Source: a virus (Duplodnaviria; Heunggongvirae; Uroviricota; Caudoviricetes). Taken from it: a stretch of 64,000 nucleotides of DNA. The position numbers and the translations under genes were made by a program. The stretch lies in the IMG/VR virus record IMGVR_UViG_3300027804_000053, one strand, 5' to 3'. The notes under the pieces were generated by a model that did not search any database, had not been told where the DNA came from, and saw nothing but the letters and a program-made list of their open reading frames with translations. Positions 29,631 to 38,273 of this stretch are shown piece after piece (position 1 is the stretch's first letter; each line of letters begins with the position of its first letter).

Positions 29631-29874
29631 ATCAATCAAAGAAACAAAAGACGTAGCTCTCGGGACCATTAAGAGAGTTGATGACAAAACTGCAATTAAT
29701 ATGGTCGGAAATATGTGGACTTATATTTCCAAAGCAGAATGGAAATCGGCTACGAGAAAATCCAAACTAACTGAAGTAAAAGGAGAAGAAAATTCTCAAC
29801 AACCCCAAGAACAAAATGAAAAAAAACCTTATAAAAAGGGCCAAAAGTCCGACAAACATAAAAACAAACAATAA
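29617..29874 (+). CDS. hypothetical small basic protein
   Basis: ORF track. Lys-rich C-terminus. Confidence 0.35.
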   Translation: MKCIKSIKETKDVALGTIKRVDDKTAINMVGNMWTYISKAEWKSATRKSKLTEVKGEENSQQPQEQNEKKPYKKGQKSDKHKNKQ

Positions 29875-30104
29875 TGGGAAACGTATCTGAACAGTTGATT
29901 AGAATGCTTCGTTGTGAAGCTATTGCACAAAGAGCCAAAGCTCTTCTCACATTCAAATTATTATCTGAGAATGCTGCAGGGATTGGAGACCACTCAACAG
30001 GTGATTTTTATAAAAACGCAGAAGAAGCATTACAAATGCTCGTTGATGCTGATGATAAATTGGAGGCTTTGCAAAAATACTTTCCTAATGAAAAAGATAA
30101 TTAA
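29874..30104 (+). CDS. hypothetical small protein
   Basis: ORF track. ATG overlaps the upstream stop (TAATG). Confidence 0.35.
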   Translation: MGNVSEQLIRMLRCEAIAQRAKALLTFKLLSENAAGIGDHSTGDFYKNAEEALQMLVDADDKLEALQKYFPNEKDN

Positions 30105-30208
30105 GAAATTGGAGTGGATATTCGATTATTATTTCGCTTGGATGTTATACAACGGAAATAAAACACACAAGTACTTAGAGTACATGGAAAAAAAGTGGGG
30201 AAATAAAA

Positions 30209-30439
30209 ATGATTGACAATACAGAATGGGTCAATGGACCCTCTCACTACGGTGGAAAGGAAAACCCATACGAAGTAATTAAGGTTTGTGAAGCTTGGGA
30301 GCTCGACAAAGACGCTTATTTATTCAACGTGGTCAAATATGTCGCTCGAGCAGGAAAGAAAGACGTTTCTAAAGAAATCGAAGACCTCAAGAAAGCGGCT
30401 TTTTATTTGGATAGAAAAATTAAAAATTTAGAAAAATGA
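30209..30439 (+). CDS. DUF3310-like phage protein
   Basis: GPSHYGGKENPYEVIKVCEAWEL...FNVVKYVARAGKK...IEDLKKAAFYL matches the conserved SHY...KY..RAG.K pattern of a phage-restricted family, as I recall it. Confidence 0.45.
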   Translation: MIDNTEWVNGPSHYGGKENPYEVIKVCEAWELDKDAYLFNVVKYVARAGKKDVSKEIEDLKKAAFYLDRKIKNLEK

Positions 30440-30876
30440 TTATTTGGTTAACAGGCCAACCCGGTGCGGGTAAAACAACAATTTGTAAAAAAATTTTACT
30501 TAGAGATGCCAGTTTTTTCCACATCGATGGAGATGACCTTAGAGATTTATTTGAAAACAAAGACTACTCTGAACAAGGTAGAAGAAAAAACATTGAGTTA
30601 GCACAACAAATTGCTCAGTATCTCACAAACAAGGGTGAAGATGTATTAGTATCTTTGGTTTCCCCCTATAAAGACCAAAGAGATAAATTCAAAGAAAAGA
30701 TGGGGGATAAATTGGTGGAGGTTTATATACATACTTCTGAAAAAAGAGGAAGAGAAGATTTCTTCGTTAAAGAATATGGACAACCAACCGAAAATTACCT
30801 TGACATCGACACAACAAATGAAAGTGTTGAGGACTCAGCTAAAAAAGTATTAGAATATGCAAAAATTTCACGTTGA
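30436..30876 (+). CDS. adenylyl-sulfate (APS) kinase-like P-loop kinase
   Basis: IIWLTGQPGAGKTT P-loop is of the APS-kinase type. Downstream FHIDGDDLRDLF ... SEQGRRKNIELAQQIAQYL ... VSLVSPYKDQRDK parallels CysC motifs (DGDNVR..., ...SEADRNENIRR..., SFISPY..DRD). Confidence 0.5.
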   Translation: MIIWLTGQPGAGKTTICKKILLRDASFFHIDGDDLRDLFENKDYSEQGRRKNIELAQQIAQYLTNKGEDVLVSLVSPYKDQRDKFKEKMGDKLVEVYIHTSEKRGREDFFVKEYGQPTENYLDIDTTNESVEDSAKKVLEYAKISR

Positions 30877-31258
30877 AGGAGACCCAAAATTGAAGAACAC
30901 GGGGGGTAAACAATACTCTATGTTCGTGGGAAGATTTCAGCCTTTTCATGGGGGTCACAAATGGATTGTGGATGAAATTATAAAAGAAGGTAAAAATGTT
31001 CTAATTTGTATTAGAGACATTGAACCAGATGAAAAAAATCCGTTCACCGCACAAGAAGTTGAGACAAATATTAAGAAGGAACTTTGGCAACTTATTGGTG
31101 AGGAAAGGGTTAAAGTAATTACGATTCCTGATATCGAATCAGTAAACTTCGGCCGAGGAGTTGGATATGATATCATTGAACATGTACCACCTCAAGAAGT
31201 TCATGATATTTCTGCAACGAAAATACGTGAACAAATGAGACAGGAAGGAAAATTATAA
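30857..31258 (+). CDS. nucleotidyltransferase of the HxGH cytidylyl/adenylyltransferase superfamily, NMN adenylyltransferase (NadM)-like
   Basis: FVGRFQPFHGGH is the GRFQPFHxGH motif of archaeal/phage-type NMNAT. 133 aa. Confidence 0.55.
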   Translation: MQKFHVEGDPKLKNTGGKQYSMFVGRFQPFHGGHKWIVDEIIKEGKNVLICIRDIEPDEKNPFTAQEVETNIKKELWQLIGEERVKVITIPDIESVNFGRGVGYDIIEHVPPQEVHDISATKIREQMRQEGKL

Positions 31259-31329
31259 TGGAAAATATTTTTCAATTTACTGGACTTAGTGGAAAAAAAT
31301 CATTAGAATTGAATTATTAAACTGTTATA

Positions 31330-32193
31330 ATGGAAAATTTTTTAGGAAATATAATAAATGGTGATTGTATAATTGAGATGGCTAAAATGCCTGAAAACTC
31401 TATTGACCTTATTGTTACTTCACCACCCTATGGAGTGGGTATTGAATATGATTCATTTGATGATGATATGAACATAGAGGACTACAAAGACTTTTCAAAG
31501 AAATGGCTCACCGAGGCTTATAGAGTTCTGAAGGCGGATGGTAGAATTGCTCTTAATGTTCCTTATGAAATCAATCGACAGGATAAAGGAGGTAGAGTTT
31601 TTATTGCCTCTGAACTTTGGCAGATTATGCAAAGAATTGGTTTTAAATTTTATGGTATTGTGGATTTAGATGAAGATTCTCCACATAGAAGTAAGACAAC
31701 GGCTTGGGGTTCATGGATGTCTCCTTCTGCACCTTACATCTACAATCCGAAAGAGTGTGTTATCTTGGCTTACAAGTCTAAACATATTAAGATTGTTAAG
31801 GGAGAACCCGAGTGGGTTGGGGTGATTGATGAGATTGAACAAGAGGATGGAACGAAAAAGAAAAAAACTCTCTATACTGAAGAACAGAAGAAAGAGTTTA
31901 TGGATTTGGTTTATGGACAGTGGACATATTTTGCAGACACTAAACAAATGACCAAAGCAACCTTTTCCTTGGACATTCCAATGAAAGCTATGAAGATACT
32001 CACTTACAAAAATGACGTCGTTTTAGACCCTTTCTGTGGTTCTGGTACAACTCCAGTTGCGGCAGTAATATCAGGAAGAAACTGGGTAGGTATTGAACTC
32101 AGTCCGAACTATTGTGAAATTGCTAAAAAGAGAGTTCAACAATTTATCGATAAAAAGAAACAATCTAAATTAGATTTTGAAGAAGGGGTTTAA
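31330..32193 (+). CDS. DNA methyltransferase, beta-class amino-MTase (N6-adenine or N4-cytosine)
   Basis: Motif IV IVTSPPYGVG lies N-terminal to motif I LDPFCGSGTT, the beta-class order. ParB-less stand-alone MTase. Confidence 0.7.
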   Translation: MENFLGNIINGDCIIEMAKMPENSIDLIVTSPPYGVGIEYDSFDDDMNIEDYKDFSKKWLTEAYRVLKADGRIALNVPYEINRQDKGGRVFIASELWQIMQRIGFKFYGIVDLDEDSPHRSKTTAWGSWMSPSAPYIYNPKECVILAYKSKHIKIVKGEPEWVGVIDEIEQEDGTKKKKTLYTEEQKKEFMDLVYGQWTYFADTKQMTKATFSLDIPMKAMKILTYKNDVVLDPFCGSGTTPVAAVISGRNWVGIELSPNYCEIAKKRVQQFIDKKKQSKLDFEEGV

Positions 32194-32207
32194 AAACCCC
32201 TTTTTTT
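32185..32207 (+). terminator. intrinsic terminator (GGGGTTT-AAA-AACCCC hairpin plus T7)
   Basis: gaaggggtttaaaaacccctttttttatt overlaps the MTase stop codon. Confidence 0.6.
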
Positions 32208-32239
32208 ATTCTCAAGATATTTATAGAAAAATTACTTCT

Positions 32240-32611
32240 ATGAAAGAAGAACTCATTAAAAAACTCGTTCAAATTCAACTTCAATTTAAATTTTTACATT
32301 GGCAAACTTTTGGAGATGCTAAACACAGACTTTATGGAGACATCTACGATAAGTTGGGAGAATTGATAGATGAGTTCACTGAAACAATGATGGGAAAATA
32401 TGGAAGACCTGAGTTTGACTCTGAATTCGGAATTATGTTTCAAGATATTTCTGCATTGAGTATGCAGAATTTCATAGATGGAATTACTGAATTTTTTGTT
32501 GGGATGTCAGACCAACTCGATTCAAGATATGATACAGACTTACTCAACATTAGAGATGAGATGTTGGGTCTCATAAATAAATCTAAGTACTTATTAACAC
32601 TCAAATACTAA
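32240..32611 (+). CDS. hypothetical protein
   Basis: ATG at 32240 (MKEELIKKLV...) lies downstream of the terminator. The track's ORF 32177..32611 begins inside the terminator. Confidence 0.4.
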   Translation: MKEELIKKLVQIQLQFKFLHWQTFGDAKHRLYGDIYDKLGELIDEFTETMMGKYGRPEFDSEFGIMFQDISALSMQNFIDGITEFFVGMSDQLDSRYDTDLLNIRDEMLGLINKSKYLLTLKY

Positions 32612-32907
32612 TGGCAAAAAAAATTGTAAGACTAACCGAAGGTGACTTAATTAATCTTGTAAAAAGGGTTATCTCTGAACAAAAAAAATTCGAACTATTC
32701 ATGAATCCTGGTCAAACAGCTGAGGCAGAATTGATTGGAGACATATTGACTATTTTTTCTCAAATGGGGAAAGACCAAATCTTTAAAGTAAAAACATCTT
32801 TACCAAAAGGTAAATTTATGTTTGAATTTTCAAAAGATGGAAAATATTACGGGTACGATAAGAGAGGGAAAAAACATGAAATCCTTTTGATAGAAAAAAG
32901 AAAATGA
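32611..32907 (+). CDS. hypothetical protein
   Basis: ORF track. Start overlaps the upstream stop. Confidence 0.4.
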   Translation: MAKKIVRLTEGDLINLVKRVISEQKKFELFMNPGQTAEAELIGDILTIFSQMGKDQIFKVKTSLPKGKFMFEFSKDGKYYGYDKRGKKHEILLIEKRK

Positions 32908-34328
32908 AAAAACTATTAAAAGAGTCTGGTTTAAGAGATATTTCGGCTTTGAGGAAAAGATACCCAAAAGCCGAAATTTATTTTCACCTTGACCTTGATG
33001 GGGTGACCACCGCAATTGCAATGAAAAAATACCTTGAGGACAATGGTATCAAGGTCGTTGGAGCACATACCATTCAATATGGGGACAAGGAATTTGCAGT
33101 TAAAAAGTTGGATGCTGAAGGTGATACAATGCCAGTGCTCGTAGATTTCGCACACGGTAAACCGATGTTTGTTATTCATACTGACCACCACGATAGGCAG
33201 GTTGGTGCAGAACCTGAGGCTTCTAAATCATTCAGACAAGCCCGTTCGAACGTTGAAACAATATCTCAAATTGTTTCACCTAAGGAAATATTTCCAACCG
33301 CTGATATACTTTTAATCAGTACTGTAGACTCAGCTAACTTTTTGAAACATGAAATCACACCAGAGGATGTTGTAAATTATATCTTTAGATTAGATAAAGA
33401 TAAGACCCTTCAGAAAAATAAAATGTTACTTGGGTTGGTTATCAACAAACTGATTTTAGCTTTCAAAAACCGAAAAGGGTTTATGGAGAGTTTGGTTATG
33501 GACTCAGAACCCTCCCTCATGTCTATTTTCAATAACATCAAGAAATGGATGAAAATGACAAGTGCTGAAGACTTCGCTACTCTCCAACAGAGGTCCGATG
33601 ATTACTTGGAACAAATGAAAAAATATCCCAAGGTAAGAGTAGAAGACGGAATAATTTTTCAGTATGGTGCGGGAAGTATGAAGTCAGGTTCTTACGATAG
33701 ATACACTCCTTTCAGAGTAAATCCGAATGCGGACTTTTTAATTCTAATGTGGCCGATGGGACTTTTACAAGTCTCATGTAACCCTTTCAAAAAAGATAGA
33801 AAGTTGAAAGGAGTTAATTTGGGAGAGATGGCTCAGGACGTTCTGAAACCTTTTGAAAGCCAACTCAAATCAAGAACAATCCCCCTTTCGACAATCAAAT
33901 GGTTAAGTGAAATATCAACCAAACCAGGTGATGTTGGATTTACATTCAAAGACTTCAATGCCCTTTTCGGTGGTAAAATTGCATTTATTGATGGGGGTAA
34001 CGAAATTTTAGATAGAATAAAACCCATGATGGACAAACCTTTTTCAGAACTCAAAGAAGAAGAAAAACAACTTTTGGACAAGATTGGAATTAATATGTGG
34101 GATTTTATTCAATCTAACTCAGGAGGACACAAGTGTATCACGAATATTTCAGGTCTAAATTTTCTTGGAAGAAAGACAAGACCATCAGAGGACCCATACA
34201 GATACGACCCTGACAAGCCAGATGTTCCGTATATTAAATTCATGAAACAACTCGGAACAAAATTTTTCAATATACTGAAAGAAAAAATTCAAGAGGAACA
34301 ACAAAAAGAAAAAGAAGTGTCAAATTAA
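32904..34328 (+). CDS. DHH-family phosphoesterase (NrnA/RecJ-like)
   Basis: HLDLDGVTTAIAM (DHH motif I, DxDGxxS/T). VDFAHG. HTDHHD (DHH motif III). 474 aa, consistent with DHH plus DHHA1 architecture. Confidence 0.6.
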   Translation: MKKLLKESGLRDISALRKRYPKAEIYFHLDLDGVTTAIAMKKYLEDNGIKVVGAHTIQYGDKEFAVKKLDAEGDTMPVLVDFAHGKPMFVIHTDHHDRQVGAEPEASKSFRQARSNVETISQIVSPKEIFPTADILLISTVDSANFLKHEITPEDVVNYIFRLDKDKTLQKNKMLLGLVINKLILAFKNRKGFMESLVMDSEPSLMSIFNNIKKWMKMTSAEDFATLQQRSDDYLEQMKKYPKVRVEDGIIFQYGAGSMKSGSYDRYTPFRVNPNADFLILMWPMGLLQVSCNPFKKDRKLKGVNLGEMAQDVLKPFESQLKSRTIPLSTIKWLSEISTKPGDVGFTFKDFNALFGGKIAFIDGGNEILDRIKPMMDKPFSELKEEEKQLLDKIGINMWDFIQSNSGGHKCITNISGLNFLGRKTRPSEDPYRYDPDKPDVPYIKFMKQLGTKFFNILKEKIQEEQQKEKEVSN

Positions 34329-34600
34329 AAATGATACTCAACCCAATCGCCGGGTTCTATACCAACAGTATCACAATAACCTCCCGGTAACTCCAAAACA
34401 ATATTTCCATTTCCACAATATGTTGGACAAGGGTCTTCATCGCAAGGAGGACAATCAGAGTGAATATTAACAATTACATTATTTTTTATCATTATGATAT
34501 CTAAGGGTATAATACAATTTTTCATCCAAAAACATTGTTTGTTCCCACTCATCAAAAATAAAAGAGCTTCAAAGTCTTTATTGAAAGTTTTACCCATCAT
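34325..34600 (-). CDS. small Cys-rich hypothetical protein
   Basis: ATG pair at 34595-34600 (MMGKTF...). Contains CPPCDEDPCPTYCGNGN. The track's longer ORF would run into the Nudix start. Confidence 0.4.
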   Translation of the reverse strand: MMGKTFNKDFEALLFLMSGNKQCFWMKNCIIPLDIIMIKNNVIVNIHSDCPPCDEDPCPTYCGNGNIVLELPGGYCDTVGIEPGDWVEYHF

Positions 34601-34686
34601 CCCAATTGCTTGAGATTTTTTATCGGTTAGAACTTTTGTTTTAAAAATATTTTTGTTAATTTTGACAAACACAATAATAAATACAA

Positions 34687-35106
34687 ATGGAATCAAAAAG
34701 ATACGCTGGCGTTTTAGTGAAATGTGGAGACGAAGTTCTCCTTTGCAAAAGAAATAACTTGGGGTCTTTCCCTGGTATGTGGTCAATACCAGGTGGAAAG
34801 ATGGAGGAAGGTGAAAACTCTCAAGATAGTGCGAAAAGAGAGTTTGTGGAAGAAACTGCCGTGGACATTTCAGATAGAAACATAAAGTTCATCGGACTTC
34901 TTCCGAGACACACAAGAGACGGAAAAAAAGTGAAAGGGATGATGTACGTTTATCAACTTGATACCGACCAGCCAATTGAACCTGACTTTTCCGTAGCAAA
35001 AGATGGTGAAGAACACACTGAATGGAAATACTTTAAATTAGATGAGATTGATTTTGGACAGTGTGGTGAATATATGTATAAACTTATTGAAATCGTACTA
35101 CAATGA
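34687..35106 (+). CDS. Nudix hydrolase
   Basis: Nudix box GGKMEEGENSQDSAKREFVEETAV follows Gx5Ex7REUxEExGU, with A in place of the last G. Confidence 0.7.
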   Translation: MESKRYAGVLVKCGDEVLLCKRNNLGSFPGMWSIPGGKMEEGENSQDSAKREFVEETAVDISDRNIKFIGLLPRHTRDGKKVKGMMYVYQLDTDQPIEPDFSVAKDGEEHTEWKYFKLDEIDFGQCGEYMYKLIEIVLQ

Positions 35107-35207
35107 AAGTTTTATTGATATCTATAACAATTATAACTGTCATCGGACTTTACGGTTGGTTCAAAATAAATCAACAAATCAAAAAAAATATTGACAGGTT
35201 AGGATGA
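35103..35207 (+). CDS. possible 34-aa single-pass membrane peptide
   Basis: ATGA overlap with the Nudix stop. MKVLLISITIITVIGLYGWFKINQQIKKNIDRLG. Below the ORF-track size cutoff. Confidence 0.3.
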   Translation: MKVLLISITIITVIGLYGWFKINQQIKKNIDRLG

Positions 35208-35340
35208 TTTTCCGAAACTTGGAGATATTTATATGTTCTTATCCGAAAGGATGAACATCCCCAACATGAGAACTGAAGAAACTGAGAAGTTTCAATAAAA
35301 TCGGTCCTCACGAGATGAATGAAGCAGTAATCTCAAAAAA

Positions 35341-35397
35341 AAAGTCCCACAAAATTTGGAAGTTAAATTATCTCACCTTATTTTTGTGGGACTTTAT
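35341..35397 (+). terminator. long-stem hairpin terminator-like element
   Basis: AAAGTCCCACAAAA ... TTTTGTGGGACTTT is a 13-bp inverted repeat followed by TATTAT. Confidence 0.4.
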
Positions 35398-35489
35398 TAT
35401 CAAAGTAGTTCTTTAACATACTTCTACTCAAGGTTCAACCAGAGCATGACTTGGATGGTGACACGGGGACTTGGGTAGTTTTATTATAT

Positions 35490-35562
35490 CGCATGGTAGT
35501 AGCAGCGGTAGCTCGCCAGGCTCATAACCTGGAGGTCGTCAGTTCGATTCTGACCCATGCAA
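35490..35562 (+). tRNA. tRNA-Met (anticodon CAU), initiator-like
   Basis: Hand-folded cloverleaf. Acceptor CGCATGG/CCATGCA with C1xA72 mismatch. Anticodon stem CCAGG/CCTGG with loop CTCATAA. Variable loop AGGTC. T arm GTCAG-TTCGATT-CTGAC. Discriminator A. The D arm is non-canonical (3 bp AGC/GCT, loop AGCGGTA). CCA is not encoded. Confidence 0.55.
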
Positions 35563-35569
35563 CGAAAAA

Positions 35570-36580
35570 AAAAGTTTTATAAAAATTTGACGAATTGAAA
35601 AGTTCTTCTTAATTTTGTAAGACAGTTGAAGGAAAAGGGTTGTAAAGTTCCTTACCGAAGTCGGGGGTTGTAAAAAATTTCCACTCTCCTTCAATACTTG
35701 ATAGTTCTTTGTTTTAAGATATTGGCCGCCTATGGTCATTAAATAAACTACGAAAGTAGTATAAAGTGGGACACCAGGTTTTAGTGTTCTGCGGTATCAA
35801 AGGGGTACTCGAGTAGGCAATCAGGATATGTTCTGACCTTTAGTACTGAGGGTAACACTGTAGGGAAAGTGGTTGGAATACGGGGCGATACGGGTCGTCT
35901 CGTTGAGGTCGGAAGACTAATAAGAATAACCTGAGGAATCTATGTGAGAAATTATGGCTTCCACCATAGTCATCACGTAATTCAATATGAAAGTTGACTT
36001 AAAACCGAAAGGTAAGTTGATGTACAGGTGGTGCTGTTATTAACCTTGAAACGTCTCTACCAAGAGCGTATCACTGAAGTTGACTTGAAGTATGGAGGTC
36101 GGGAGACTTCAGAGAGTAGTTTAGTATCGTGTCGTTCAAAAGGCGACACGGCTGGTGACAGACCGCTACTTTCCACATCCGTAAACCAACCCTTAATTGT
36201 TAATTCTGGTTTAACAACTTATAATTAAAATCAAGGAAAAGTGTCTGTCAGTCGTTGGAAACAGGTGACTACATAGTCTTGAGATGTTCATGACCGTGTT
36301 GGGTCCCAAGCCCTTCACGATTTTCACGAAAGTTCTCTATTCCCGCAAGGAAGAATTGGGGTGGCAACCTCGAAGAGTGATGAGTAAGGAGAGAGTATTC
36401 AACGATTTAAGGATTGGTTAATCTAATTGACCGTCACTGAGAGTTACTGTTCAAAAGACAGTGGAAACGGAGGGAATAAATAATCCTTCTAAAGATTCTC
36501 AACAAAGCTTGTATTCTCAGAGTTTTTTGCCTGACCCTGACCGTCTCTACGGTTGGGGTTTTTTGTTTTTTGAAGTATTT
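35570..36580 (+). ncRNA. candidate large structured non-coding RNA (~1 kb) immediately downstream of the tRNA
   Basis: No credible ORF. The only one listed (36028..36228) has no start context. G+C visibly higher than the flanks. Many local hairpins (e.g. CGTGTCG-ttcaaaag-CGACACG, GACTAcaTAGTC). Ends in ACCGT-ctct-ACGGT-TGGGG-T6-G-T6, a terminator-like element, at ~36540-36580. Confidence 0.4.
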
Positions 36581-36595
36581 ATAAGAAAAAATACG

Positions 36596-37636
36596 ATGTA
36601 CATAAAAAAACTTTCGCCTCAGGAGGCTTTAGAAACAATCAAATTGAGAATGAATTATGATTCATCAAAAACTTTGAACGAAAATAAGTTGATAGTCCTC
36701 GAACAAAAAGCCAATCTCACAACAAACCAACAAGCAGCATTAACTCAAGGTTTTGGTCCTGTGACAGCCAAAGCAGCTGACGATTTAGCTAAACAGGGAA
36801 AGTTGAAAACAAACACATTAAAATCTGTTTTTGGGGGCACTCAAACTCCTACCTCCGCGGTTGATACAAGTACCGCTAACAAACAAACCTCTGACACAGG
36901 AGTTGGAAAAGCTATACAACAAGGTGTTCAAGCGGCAAACCTCAAAATAGATGTATCTTGTATTGGATTCAACGGTGAAGAATATAAAGAAATCACAACA
37001 GCTTTAGTAAGCTCTGACGGCATTGGAAAACCGGTTCACGTTTGGAGATTTTGGCCTGACGGAAAAGCAATATATGTCGAAAGTGGGGATAAGTACAAGT
37101 ATACATACAAATGTAGTAAAACTAAACCTGGTGTTGTTGAAATAACAGATGTTGATTCTTCAGAAGTGGATGAATACAAATTATTTGATAAGAAAAATTC
37201 ACAAACAGTTGCCCCTAAAAAAGCTGTTCCAATTCCATCAGAATTGAAAGACATCGAGGGTGTAAAAAAATTCCAAGATTGGTTAGATAAAAACCATGAG
37301 GGTTGGCATGACAAATACAAAGTTCTGAATGGTAGCGTCCCTAAAGGTTATGGTAAATTTGGTCCGAGAACAAATAAATGGTGGAAACTTCAAAGGGTAA
37401 ATTATCTTAATTCATCTCCTACTACAAATACAACAACTTCATCAAAAGTAGATACAACACAATCTCAATCTTCCACGAAAATTGATACAACTCCACCTAA
37501 AGCTCAAATCCCAAGCGCATCTAAAGGTTTCCAAAAGTTCGCACAATCACAATTTGGTGCAAACTCTCAACCTTCTAATTCTGAAACCACAACAAAACCA
37601 ACTACAAGGGTTGCAAGTGCAGACACCGAATTCTAA
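36596..37636 (+). CDS. Thr/Ser/Gln-rich hypothetical protein
   Basis: ATG at 36596 (MYIKKLSPQEA...). The track's GTG at 36461 lies inside the structured region. Low-complexity T/S-rich C-terminal third. Confidence 0.45.
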   Translation: MYIKKLSPQEALETIKLRMNYDSSKTLNENKLIVLEQKANLTTNQQAALTQGFGPVTAKAADDLAKQGKLKTNTLKSVFGGTQTPTSAVDTSTANKQTSDTGVGKAIQQGVQAANLKIDVSCIGFNGEEYKEITTALVSSDGIGKPVHVWRFWPDGKAIYVESGDKYKYTYKCSKTKPGVVEITDVDSSEVDEYKLFDKKNSQTVAPKKAVPIPSELKDIEGVKKFQDWLDKNHEGWHDKYKVLNGSVPKGYGKFGPRTNKWWKLQRVNYLNSSPTTNTTTSSKVDTTQSQSSTKIDTTPPKAQIPSASKGFQKFAQSQFGANSQPSNSETTTKPTTRVASADTEF

Positions 37637-37693
37637 CTGATTGAAATTCTTGTTTTTAGAAGAATTTGTTCATACGAGGGATTATTCATATCT

Positions 37694-38257
37694 TTGTATC
37701 ATAAAAGAAAAGATATGTTTGACAAACTCATTGACCTAATCGTTACTTTTATTAATGACATTTTACCTTGGAAAATCGTAGACCAATGGGAACAAGGAGT
37801 TCATCTTAGAACCGGAAAGTTTCTGAGAGTAGTTCTTCCTGGTTTGAACTGGAAAATCCCTTTTTTTGACCAAATTTTAACTACTCCTGTCATTACCCAA
37901 ACGGTAAACTTAAAACCTCAAACGGTGACATCCTTGGATGAAAAAAGTGTCGTTCTTTCGAGTATTGTCCGTTATCACATTGATGACGTTGAAAAATTTC
38001 TCTTGGGCGTAATGCACGCGAATGATGTTTTAATTGATACAACACAAGGTATTATTCGAGACGTGGTAGAAAGCTCAAATTGGAGTGACCTTTATGAACT
38101 TGGTAACACCGTTACACCGGCTGTTAATAATGAAGTTGAAAAGTGGGGTATTGTGGTGGAACAAATAAGCTTTCCTGATTTAGGAGAAATTGTAACTTAT
38201 AGAATTATGGGAGACTCTTATAAAAATCCATCAGGAATTTTGCCGGTAATGGAATAA
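37694..38257 (+). CDS. SPFH/band-7 (stomatin/prohibitin/HflKC-like) domain protein
   Basis: VHLRTGKFLRVVLPGLNWKIPFFDQILTTPVITQTVNL ... SIVRYHIDDVEKF ... WGIVVEQISFPD follows the SPFH core pattern. Confidence 0.5.
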   Translation: MYHKRKDMFDKLIDLIVTFINDILPWKIVDQWEQGVHLRTGKFLRVVLPGLNWKIPFFDQILTTPVITQTVNLKPQTVTSLDEKSVVLSSIVRYHIDDVEKFLLGVMHANDVLIDTTQGIIRDVVESSNWSDLYELGNTVTPAVNNEVEKWGIVVEQISFPDLGEIVTYRIMGDSYKNPSGILPVME

Positions 38258-38273
38258 TCTGTATATTTGAACC

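Noticed and set aside
36028-36228. 66-aa ORF inside the structured region.
   Set aside because: No ribosome-binding context. Sits in the middle of the GC-rich hairpin-dense stretch. Translation has no recognisable features. Most likely a chance ORF in non-coding RNA.
35570-36580. Group I or group II intron, rRNA fragment, tmRNA or RNase P RNA as an explanation for the structured ORF-free region.
   Set aside because: By eye there is no GUGYG 5' end or domain-V-like GAGC…GTATG element, no convincing P7 (…AGACTA…/…TAGTC separated by P8) arrangement, no flanking split gene, and no tRNA-like 3' ACCA terminus. A novel or GOLLD/ROOL-like RNA remains the working hypothesis but is unproven.
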